Source: Chiloscyllium plagiosum (taxonomy: Eukaryota). From it: a stretch of DNA of 64,000 nucleotides. The translations under genes were made by a program, and so were the position numbers. The notes beneath the pieces were generated by a model that worked only from the letters and a program-made list of their open reading frames with translations, had not been told where the DNA came from and did not search any database. How positions within the stretch are numbered: position 1 is the stretch's first letter; each line of letters starts with the position of its first letter. Where the stretch lies: assembly GCF_004010195.1 (NCBI RefSeq), contig NC_057711.1:79764361-79828360 (forward strand), written 5' to 3'. Of this stretch, positions 12,113-23,459 are shown piece after piece.

Positions 12113-13449
12113 CTGGACAGTTGATAGAACACTGACCCGGACCTATTCCTCCTGCTGCTGTGATTACTTGGAATTACTTTAAATTGATCAGCCCTTAGTA
12201 TATAAGACCTATGACCTGCAGTCAGTTGAAACTGCATGAGAATGTTTGACTCTGCTCAAGTGATTAGTTAATTGAAGACAACAAGCAACCAGGAGATAAT
12301 TAAAGCAATTAAAAAGTAAACCAAGATCATTAAATCAGTCAACTGATCTTGTTTGTTTAAAAAAAAATTGAAGAATGGCTCATTTCCTGGCAATCCCACT
12401 ACTCTTTGTGATGCTGTTCCATTTACAAATCAATTCTGATTAATTTTGCTGCTTTATTTTGGTGATTCACAAGCGATATTACGCTTACTTACAAGCGATA
12501 TTACTTACGCTAGTGAGTCTACATGGCAATGTCAGTGTAACATCACCTCAATAGGTCTGACCTAGGGAGGAATCTAAGTTTGGTGCTGAGCAATGCAGGG
12601 GAGAGCTCTGACTGTGTTTCTGCCATTACAGAGATAAGATTGTCACAAGAAACAAGTGAAGATGCCTCTGGTCTGTTATTGTCTGATATTCTGACAGAGC
12701 CTGACACTGTTTTGATAAGGGACTGTGCATAGTCATCAGACAATCATTTTCTCTTTTCCATTCCAGGTGGACAACAAAAGAGAAAGAAGAGGAAGTGGTG
12801 TTCTTTCCCAGCTCTGCTTCCCACTCCGCCTAAGTTCCGGCTCCACCACCTCCATTTCTGAGAACAATGACCCTCAATCCTCAGTGGATGCATTGGTGTA
12901 ACATCCAGCCTACACCAGAACAAGGCATTCACCTCAGTGGGTATGGAGGGTTCTAGATTAGGCTTGGACTCACAGTCCAGTGAGCACATCACTGACAATT
13001 GCCCATAGTTGACAGAGGAAACAATCACATTCAGAAAACTGCTAGAGTTCAGGGCCCTGCTCAGCACAATGCAACTGATAAACCTCTGTACTCAGCATTA
13101 GGGTGCAGAGTTATCCAAGTGCCCATACAGATTAGAGCAAAAGATGAAAGAGGCCAACCAAATTAATCAACGCTCATGGCTCTGGCACATGTGAGTGTTT
13201 AGCTGTCTGTGCAGAAAGGATGACAATGGGCTTGACAGATCTAGCAGAACACATAGTGGCTACCAACTATGCACTCAGACCTACATTCCTTCACTTTAGC
13301 TGTGATGCAGTGCATCAATGAGATGGACAGAAGAAGTATGGTATGTTAACCTTTTAGATGCCCCCTTCAATCCAAGGAGTCAGGGAGATATCATCATGTA
13401 GCCACAGGGAGGAGGATCAGCAGCCAGGCCACCCTACTCAGTCTACTTC

Positions 13450-13662
13450 AGGGACAGCATGGTGGCTCAGTGACTAGCACTGCTGCCTCATAGCACCAGG
13501 GTCCTAGGTTTGATTCCTTCCTGTCTGTGTAGAGTTTGCACATTCTCCCTGTGTCTGTGTGGGTTTCCTCCCACAATCCAAAGATGTGCAGCTTAAGTGA
13601 ATTGGCCATGCTAAATTGCCCACAGTGTTAGTCAGGGGTAAATATAGGGTAAGGGGGGGTGG
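13450..13662 (+). mobile_element. HE1-like V-SINE, 3'-truncated
   Basis: GGGACAGCATGGTGGCTCAGTG head, V domain, GGCCATGCTAAATTGCCC. Confidence 0.82.
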
Positions 13663-13687
13663 GTTCCTTTTGACCTGACCTGCTGCG

Positions 13688-14080
13688 CCAGAAGACTGGA
13701 GGTTGGCTAACATGGTGCCACTGTTTAAGAAGGGTGGTAAGGACAAGCCAGGAAGCCATAGACCAGTGAGCCTGACCTGAAAAATACCAATTAATACTGA
13801 ATCTCTTTTCACTTGTGTTTTCAATCCTCACCCATGCTGATGCATTATCCATACCATGAGCAATTTTGTGCAATAACCTTTTATGTGCTCTCGTATTGAA
13901 TGCCTTACGGAAAGCCAAACTTATTGTTTCTCTTCTATGAACTCTGTTTGTTCTTTCCTCAAAAACTCTACCAAATTAGTCAAACATGATTTCCCTTTTA
14001 CAAAACTGTGTTGTTTATCATTGTGTTACAGGTTTTCAAATATCCTGCTAGTTCTTCCTTAATAATGGCTGCTAGCAATG
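13688..14080. mobile_element. CR1 RT fragments: 13688-13778 (+) and about 13780-14080 (-)
   Basis: Plus piece encodes PEDWRLANMVPLFKKG as at 24945; minus piece has AFRKAFN..HKRLLHKI. Confidence 0.65.
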
Positions 14081-14330
14081 ACAACCTCAGTATTTTCTCT
14101 TGATACATGTGTTTAGATAACATGACAAGGAGGCAATTAGTGCATACAATGCAATGTCCTGATTGTTTGAGGCCATTATTTTTAATTTACGTTCTTAGGC
14201 AATAGATGAACTGCTGACAAAGGACAAATTGAATGTAGATAAGTGGCATTAATGAATCAATGGAGAGTGGGATCAAGGACCTCTAACACATTAATCAATG
14301 GCAATTAAGGAAAACCCTCTGTTGCTTGAA

Positions 14331-15045
14331 GTCACATAGAATCAAAAAGTTATACAGCATGGAAACAGACCCTTAAGTCCAATTGTCCATGCCAGCCAGA
14401 CATCCCAATCTGACCTAGTCCCATTTGCCAGAATTTGGCCCATATTCTTCTAAACCTGTCCTATTCAGATACCCACTTAAATGTTGTAATTGTATGCGCT
14501 ACACCACTTCCTCTGGCAGCTCATTCCTTACACGGACAACCCTCTGCATGAAAAAGGTTAACACTCAGGTCCATTTTAAATCTTGCCCCTCTCATCTTAA
14601 ACCTATGCTCTTCTTCCACTCTAGGAAAAATACATTGGTTATTCACCCTAACCATACCACTCGTGATTTTATAAACCTCTGTATGATCACCCCTCAGCCT
14701 CCAACACCCCAGGAAAAATAACCTCTGCTTATTCAGCCTCTCCTTATAACTCAAGCTTTAACAACATCCTTCTGATAGAAGGCAACCTGAATTGAATGCA
14801 GTAATCCAAAAGTGGCCTCACCAATGTCCTATATAACTACAACATGACGTTCCAACTCCTATACTCAATGTTCTAACCAATGAAGGCAAGCGTGCAAAAA
14901 GCCTTCTTCAACACCATATCTACCTGCAGCTTCACTTTTAAGGAACTATGCAACTGCACCCCTAGGTCTCTTTGTTCGTCACAACTCCCCAGGGCCTTAC
15001 CATTAACTTTATAAATTCTGCACTGGTTTGCCTTATCAAATGCAC
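14331..15045 (-). mobile_element. CR1 3' portion
   Basis: SYKERLNKQRLFFLG..RLRGD..EVYKI; 3' UTR similar to 33872-34200. Confidence 0.85.
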
Positions 15046-15054
15046 TTCTGACAC

Positions 15055-15940
15055 AAAAGGCATTAGTTCTGGTTGTTGGAGATCAGTCATCTCAGCTGTA
15101 GGACATTTGTGCAGGACTGTCCCAGATCCAAACATCTTCAGCTGCTTCATCAATGACCTTCCTTCCATCATAAAGTCAGAAGTGGGAAAGTTTGCCAATG
15201 ATTACACCATATTCAACACCATTCACAATTCTTCAGATACTGAAGCAGCCATGTCCAATTGTGACAAAGCTTGAACAGCATCCAGGTTTGGGCTGACTAG
15301 TGGCAAGTAACAACATACCACTCATGTGCTGGGCAGTGATCATCTTTTGCAATGAGCTTTGAACCTTCACCCTTTAACATTCAATGATATTATTATCACT
15401 AAATTCCCCCAAGAGCAACATCTTGGATATGCCACTGACCAGAAGCTGAACTGGATTAGTATATAGATACTGTGGCTATAAAAACAAGTCAGAAGCTAGA
15501 GATTTTATAGCCTGTCCATCATCTGTGAGGCACAAGTCAGGAGTGTGAAGAAATACTCTCTGTTTGCATTTATGAGTGCAGTTCTGATAACATAGAAGAA
15601 GCTTGACATCTTCCAGGACAAAGGAGCCCATTTGATTGACATCATATCCTGAAACATTCATTCCCTCCATCACTAATGTTCAGTAGTCACACTGTGTACC
15701 ATGTACAAGATGCATTTCAAAAATTCACCAAGGCTCCAGAGAGAAAGCCTTCCAAACCCACATTCTATACCATCTAAAAAAACAAAATCTCAACATAGGT
15801 AAGAACATGACAACCTGCAAAGTCTTCTCCAAGCCACTCCACATCCTGACTTGGAAAAAGATAGCCATTCCTTCCGTATTGTTGGGTCAATGTCCTGGAG
15901 GTCCTTCCCTAAAGGCATTGTGGGTCTACCCACACCAAAC
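15055..15940 (+). mobile_element. Old CR1/L2-group LINE, RT C-terminal half and 3' region
   Basis: PNIFSCFINDLPSIIKSEVGKFAND resembles the GP..F..FINDL...FADD RT motifs. Confidence 0.7.
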
Positions 15941-16640
15941 GATTAGATTAGATTAAATTATATTTTATTGTCTCATGTACCCAAGTACAAGATTGCAGGG
16001 GTAAAGTGAAAAGTATACAGAGTTGGCACTCTCTTGGGTCATCTTAGAATACAATAGTTAGAATTAAAAGCAAGAGCTGAAATGAAAGAAACTGAAACAA
16101 AAGGAATAGAAAGTGTCGAGATCACCCGCACTGATGCCATGAGCCTTGAGTTGGACCCTGCATTGGACCCACCAGCCGCAACCGCTACAACTGCCAGTTC
16201 GTCACGCTTGATGCCACTGGCTCAAGCACTATGCCTGCTCAGTGCAAGCCCTGTGCCTGCTCCTACCTATGCTGGACCTAGCAACGTCAAAGTCTCCATG
16301 CTTCAGCGCTGTCACTTGCTGCTGGCCCATCTCGCCGCTGCCATCTCGGAATCAGTTGAAGTGTCAGAGTCCACCACCACCTCGGGTCCTGCACTGGGTC
16401 CACCAACTTTGAGGCTGCCACACTCCGCCGCCACCTCTTGCCGCTGGGCCCATAGTCACTGGCATTGCCAATGTGTTCTGCTGCAGCTGAGCACCCCAAG
16501 GGCAGAAGGTAAGAGAGAGTTGTCGAGAAAAGAAAACATAGAAAGAAAAGAAGTAAAAAAAAGGAAAAGAAAAACAGGCAGAAGAAAACAGTGGATGAGC
16601 AGGAGCCCAATCGCTGCTACTCCCAACTACCATCTTGGAT
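15941..16640 (-). mobile_element. Probable non-autonomous retroelement with a Rex1/Babar-like 3' tail
   Basis: Minus strand begins CCAAGATGGTAG and ends TTTTCACTTTACC...GGGTACATGAGACAATAAAA then (TCTAA)n, like the tails at 26480-26530 and 53295-53345. Confidence 0.5.
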
Positions 16641-17939
16641 TTGAGCTGCGGCTGTTCAATGAATGTCTACCAGTGATGGGCAATAAATACCCATCCAGTT
16701 TGTAATGCCCATATCCCTAGATTTTAAAAAAATGCTAGTATCAGAGCATGCGTGATGTTGTGAAAATGCTGCTTGTTGCCAATGTCGGCTTGTGTGGATA
16801 AAGTGCTGAGAAGGTTTGGGGGCATGGAACATGTACAGAATGTTGTGAAGAAATAGCAGCACAATAGTCAGATCAAGCATTTCGTAGGCACCAAGTACCT
16901 ACCTAGACTGGAGAGATAACCATGATGTGGAAATAAGGGAAATCCATCTTTTAATGAAATATAAATGCATAGAAATAAAGTAAACACTGCTCTGAAATTG
17001 CCAGTTAAGGCTTAAAGAGAAAATTGGGAAAGCTTTCTTTGCCATTAAGATATTTTTCATTCTCACTGCATTTTTCCAAATTCCTCACAATTGTCTGTGC
17101 CACATCAGGGAGGGATAAGTTCTGCCCATAATTTTAAAATTAATGTGAAGCCTTTTATGAGTAATATCTTGGAAAGCACCATGCAGAATGTGTTACATTT
17201 TTAAATATCTCAGCTGGATGGCTGGTAAAGGAATTTAAAATTTTCACACTGTGAAACTGCCTGAGTGCAGCAAAATGAATTAAGGGGCTGGGTTGCTGTT
17301 TAAGCGGTAGAATCATGGAATTCTTTCTTGCAAAAAGACCAGGTAAATTGAAGTTTTCAAGTTTGAGATCAATAGTTCAAGGGTGTCAAATGATATAGAT
17401 CAACAGTGGATAAATTATCTTGAGGTACAGGTCAGCCATAACCACACCATATATTTAACAGAATCAGATATGCCATGTGCTCCAGGTGAACTGCAATTCT
17501 ATTATACTGTGAAGGTCATTCCACTAAAATGGTTAAGTCAGATATTATGCTCACTCCGGAAAAAAAACTGATGAATTGGTGTTCTATAAATACATTATGT
17601 CTAGGTTATACCAATCCTGGAGCTCAATTCCTAAAATCATCTGATTGGATCCTCAACTCTGCTTATTTCTGCTGTTCTACCGACATCTCCACTGGCATCC
17701 CTTCTTTACTTGCACCAAATATTTTAGTTGGTACTTTCTTTCCCAACTTTATTCTTCCTCGAGGACCATTCTTCATTGACGCATATGACATCTTGAGTAA
17801 CACAGTGAGATGGGATGAACAATGCATCTGGACCTGCAAATTGTTCCATAGTATGGAAAAATACCCGAAAAATTTATATAACAGAACTTGGATGGCACTC
17901 ATTAAGAATGCCACGTGTTGTTGTGCAAGGTATTTTACC

Positions 17940-18222
17940 TTTTATTAGGATTTGATTTATGATTGCCACATGTACCTAGGAACAGTGAAAAGTTTTGTTT
18001 TGCATGCAGTAAAGCCAGATCACACCAAGTAACTTGTATTAGGGTAATAGAACAGAGTGAAGAATCCAATGTTACGGCTGTAGAGAAGGTACACATAAAG
18101 TGAGATCAACATTTATATGTAAAATTTGAGAGGTCCATTCAGAAGTCTGATAACAGCAGGGAAGAAGCTACTCTTGAATCTGTTGGTTACGTGTGTTTAA
18201 ACTTCTGTATCTTGTACCCAAT
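17940..18222 (-). mobile_element. Rex1/Babar LINE 3' end
   Basis: Reverse-complement match to 53090-53345 and to 23750-23850 plus 26375-26530. Confidence 0.75.
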
Positions 18223-18877
18223 GGATGATTTTGGCAGAAGGTGGAAGTGGAGGGTGAAATCCCTGTCTAAATTGACAATAATAAGACCGAGCAGTAGCCT
18301 ACAGAATCAAAATTACCCCTTCCATATCTCTCACATAGAGGGACCAGTTGATAAGTGTGCTTTTGACCAGGATGAATTCTTCAAGCCATGTTGCCAGTTC
18401 CAGTTTTCAGTTTTAAGCTTATCCCGCACATTTTGGGCTTCTCCTTCTTCTAATGATCGACCCTGTGATGAAATGCTGATTGTTTCACAAGGCCTGCCAT
18501 AGCCATTTAATTATCCACAGCATTTCCTGAAGCCAATATGCAAATACATGGAGTGTCTAACTGGGTATAAGTTGAATCAGTGAGATTTAATATGTTAAGG
18601 ACAAATTTATATATGTTTGCACCCATTCTATTGTCACATGTAAGACACATGTAAATCAAACACTTACTTTGCCAATATGCTTCATCTAGGAAAATGATCA
18701 CTTTATTTCTAGAAATTGACAAGCGTTTGCATTTACAAGCTGCGTGATGAGCAGAGTGATCTGATCCTCATGTTGAAAAATGACACACTTCTTTCAATAA
18801 TCTTTGAAATCATGACCTGTGGTGCAAACTGAGTAAAGAAGGCTTTCTCAACCAACTCCACAAATTCACCAGTTCCT

Positions 18878-19285
18878 ATCATTGAGGGGGATTGGCAACA
18901 TAGATGCAGAGAGGATGATTCCCCACCTGAGGGTATCTATGACTAGAGGGCATGGTTTCAAAATAAGTGTTCTTCCCTTTAAGACTGAGATGAATGCAAA
19001 TTTCTTCTCTTAGAAGGTTGTTATTTTTTGGAAAGCTCTCTCCCTATGACCAGTTAGGTCATTGAATATAGTTAAAGCTGAGTTATACAACTTTTTTGAT
19101 TATGAGGGAGTCAGAGTTAAAGAGGAATGTCATGGAGGGATGAGTGGGAGGTCTGATTGAGGGTGGGGGGAAAGGGGGGGTTGGTTGGTGGGAAGCAAGC
19201 AACCAGAGGAGATAAAATGGGAGAACAGGCTTGAGGGGATGAGCGGCCTCCTCCTGCTCTTATTTCAGTTGTTCTTGTGTTCTAA
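18878..19285 (+). mobile_element. Old CR1 3' end
   Basis: ACTAGAGGGCATGGTTTCAAAATAAG...TTTCTTCTCTTAGAAGGTTG, typical CR1 TRGH/FFSQRVV-coding region. Confidence 0.7.
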
Positions 19286-21949
19286 CAATCCCTAGGAATT
19301 GGAATGCACCTGGCTCAACTCACAAAGTAGAACAAAGATTTCTTCTCTGGAGCATAAAGTGAGTCAAAGCTAAATATTTTTTGCTTTGCTCAGAGAAATT
19401 CAGCCCTTGTCAGGCTACTTTCCCGTATACCTCAGAGACCTTGGAGGAGGCTCCTCTGTATGTAAGATATGTGTGAAAGGCTTTGGGGCAAATATGCTAG
19501 CACTGGTATTGTACCCAGTGGGATTTTAGATCCCTAGTCACTTATTAATTATTTGTAATCACACAGAAGAGTAAATCAAAAGCCAGCTGTGATACATTTA
19601 TTCATATTTGAAACAAACATGAAAAACATGAATTCAACAAAGTTAATTGCCATTAAAATATTTTTAGAGAGGTACAAGACATTTTGGATTGTTTCTTAAA
19701 TCTAAGACCTGGAGAAATTCTTCACCAGAAAGTCACTAAAAAGATTGTGTTGAACATGTGAATAATCAGGATTCAGAACACAATGAATAATACTAAATTT
19801 AATAATTTTGCACTTTGTTTTGGAGGTGGGGTGGGTGGAGGAAGTGAACTAATTCACACTTCCAACAGAACAAAAGAGCCTTAATAAGTGATAATGCGTC
19901 TGTGAATTGCTACCTAAATCATTCTGTTAACTTCCAAAGCTTTAAAATCCCTGTGTGTACATTTTGTGAAAATGAAGATCATGTAAATTTCAAATGAGCA
20001 CATTGTGAGTCGGCTTCACATAATTCATTGTTAATTTTGTTGTGCTCTGTGCAACTGTCCTGATAACAAAACTAGCAATGAATTATGTTTTAAAATAAGC
20101 TTGCTCTTCATACTTACTTCAATTTTGTAGCAATATCATTTGAATTTATTATTATATTGAAATGCTACCCACCCTTTGGGAATATTAAAAGGTTGTTAAG
20201 AGTTTGATAATCAGTTTTGCAGATACAGCAACCTGGTTTTCCTGCTGATCACTATCTTTTATTCACCTTAATCAGGCATAAACCTGACCTCTTCATAATG
20301 AGACTCAGGTTGCAAACAGCAGGCTAATGTCACAATCACTGCACCGAATATTATTGAATGAACTTTTTAATTAAAAAAACTATTCTTACTGTGGCCAGTA
20401 CTCTTTGATTTGACTCTGCTTATGAAAATAATCTAGTTCTAGAACTGTGCCATCTCTTTCCAGCAATCAATTGTTGGATAAATATTTTCTCATGGCAGTG
20501 ATGAAACAGATTGGTCAGATGAAATGAAAGGGATAATTTCCAATTTGAAATTGTGTGTCTGGAATATTCATGTGTGTTTTCTGGCAGAGATTGGTTGAAC
20601 CATTCAAAAACGAGTGTTAATACCTAATGCCAACTGTTACGACCTATTTCTCTCCATGATCTCCACTGATCTCCTGAGGAAGTTACAGATGGAATGTAAT
20701 AAAATCTTGTGAGATCACAGGGAGATGATGTTTAAGTCAGGGAAGAAATAGAAGCTGGAATATTGTCCACTACATTATTTCAAAAATTCCCAGCTTCGGT
20801 TTGTTTTCATGTGTTGAATCCCCTTTTGCAAGTTGCGCCAACTCTTTGTTCCCTTTAAATCCAGCTACCCATTCCCAATTCCCTTTGAATTTAACTGAGG
20901 GTGGAGGAGTGAACTTGTCCAAATTCATTGCCAACATCCTTAGTTGGCATTGTTCCCATAGACCATTCAACACAAAACACAGAATTAAGAGCCCTTAACA
21001 TTTGGATCTGGAGTAAGATGAATCCTCACCATTGCTCTTTATGGTTTAAGATTGGACCTTTAATACTGTTACCTTCTTTCCGAGGATCTACAGAGTTGCT
21101 TGGTCTCATGTGGTAGTGGAAAAGTAGTCTAAATGGATAAGGCTTTTATCTAAAACAAAATAGGTCATTGCATATAGCCCATTAGATTGGTATGATTAGA
21201 CATTGATACTGAGACTATGAGGAAGCGTTCAATGTTAGGTCTTACACTTTCCGAATCAAAAGCTGTGTTCTGCCCAGGTACAGCTAGAATTATTATATAA
21301 AGTAGTGCTTAATGTACTTCAGATGCTTACACCCTTATACAACAAAATATTTTTCTGGGGTAGATTTGTTTTTATGGAAGGGTCAGAGTGAGACTTTCAT
21401 GGTTACTGTAATCCATAAGTGACCACAATTCATTTTTCTGGTGTGCAGGGGTAAGTGGGAGGTTGTGGTTCTCACCAGTGGGATCCCTGTTACATAGTTG
21501 GTGTGTTTGCTGTTGGCTAATTAAACCATGTGACCCATCTGTACGAATGAAATCAGTTGAAGAAACATTAAAATCGGGAATTGAATTACAGAATAGGTTG
21601 AAAGACAGAACCAGGAGTGGAATAATAAGATGCTAAAATGCTATTTGAGACAGCAAGGCCGAGATACTGAAATTGTACACTGGAATGGAATGTGTGAGGG
21701 CAAAACGAGAAAACCTAAATCTACAAAATAGGAATAATACATATAGGATGGAAAGAAGCACAGCAAATCTGGGAGAAGAATATCAGCCAAGAATAGTAGC
21801 ATTGATCTGAAAAGAGCAAGGAGGTGGGAGGTTAATGGAGTCAAAATATACCTAGAAGACCCCAGAGAATGAATACTGTGCAACCCAAGGACATGGATTT
21901 AAAGGGAAACTGGATGCATACATAAAAAACATAGAGGAGTATCACAGAA

Positions 21950-22680
21950 TTGTAGATTGACGCATCAAAGGTACTCAGTTGCTCCATCATGTCTGTATCA
22001 GCTATTTAGAAGATCAATTCAGTTTTGCCACTTCCCTTCTCTTTCCAGCTATCCTCACTTATTTCCCCCTTCAAATACTTATCTAATTCATTTTTTAAAG
22101 TTTCTACTTAATCTTTCCCCCACACTTTCAAGAACAGTCTTTTCCTGGTTAGAACAACTCATGATTAAATAGAAAATTGCACGTTACAGTGGGCCAACTA
22201 CTTTACTTTAAATCTGTGTCCTCTGGTTACAGAATGTTTCACTGTAAAACAGGTTTCCCTTATTCACTCTAACAAAACAGTTCATCCTTATCAACTCTCC
22301 TCTTAACCTTCTCTGTCCGAAGACAAACAATCTCAGCTTCTCCAGCCTTTGTATAATAACAGAAGTTCCTCATCCCTTGTGTTATTCGAGTAAATCTTGT
22401 CTGCACTATCTTGAAGGATAATTCCTTCTGAAATGGTGGTATCCAAGAATTGCACAGAATACTCTGAGACCTGAATCTGTATTTTTTTGATGTTTAGCAC
22501 AAGTTATTTGCTTTTGTAGTTGAAGCTTCCATGAATAATACCAAGGATTAGTTTAGCAACCACCTAAACCTGTCATGCCACCTTCACCAGATTCTTGCAC
22601 ATACAACCTAAGTCTGCCCTTCCTTTAACCCTTCATTGTTTTGTTTATATTGTTTCAGTATGAAAATATCATATCCTCAC
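21950..22680 (-). mobile_element. Old CR1 3' portion
   Basis: CAAGAATTGCACAGAATACTC and 3' UTR similarity to younger CR1 copies. Confidence 0.55.
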
Positions 22681-23159
22681 CAATCATCAGATCAATCCGT
22701 TACACTGTAACCACCAGAATTGATGCTGTCAGTATTTTACTTTTCAGTTAAAATATAGCAAGAATTTCAAAGGTGAACAATTGATCGGAATTCCTTGACT
22801 ATTACTTTACCAAAGTGTTGTCCGTGAGTGAAAGCATATTGGGAGGTGCTGATTGCAACATTACTACATGACATTTTGACATTTGAAGTAACTTTCATTT
22901 CTGTGAAGCTGCTGCCACTGAGGACTCTGCTACTGGTATTCTTTCTCTTACTGTGTTATGGGATCAGCTCCATATCTTCCTCATTTCTGTCACTGGAGAG
23001 TTTTTTTTTAATGGATGAAAGCACATCGCACACTCTCTCACCACCACCCCTAGTAACTTATTGGTACTGTGCACAGGCTCAAGTTGCTGCAGGTCAGAAC
23101 AGACTGAATAATCCTGTAAAGCCCAAGAAATCTTGTTGTAAGTGTTCTTTTAAGATGGA

Positions 23160-23440
23160 CAACTTATATTTATATCATATCTTTAATGTAATAAAAGGTT
23201 TCAAAGTGCTTCACAGGAGCACGACAAATACACAATGTGAAGCTAAGTCACAAGATATTTGGTTGGACAACTAAAGGCTTATTTCAGCGGGGAGGCTTTA
23301 AGGAGTGCCTTAATGAACAAATGAGTGGCAGACAGGAGAAATTTAGGAACAGAGTTTTAGATCTTGTGTCTGAGGCAACTGAAGGCACAGCCACCAATGG
23401 TTGAAGCAATTAAAATCATGGATGCACAAGAGGCCAGGAT
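23160..23440 (-). mobile_element. L2 LINE 3' end
   Basis: CAACTTATATTTATAT...CAAAGTGCTTCACA is the reverse of the L2 GTGAAGCACTTTG...ATATAAAT tail. Confidence 0.6.
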
Positions 23441-23459
23441 TAGGTGTAAATAGTACGTT

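Noticed and set aside
16082..16705. 207-aa ORF with Lys/Arg-rich end
   Set aside because: Antisense to a probable non-autonomous repeat; composition comes from GC-rich and A-rich tracts.
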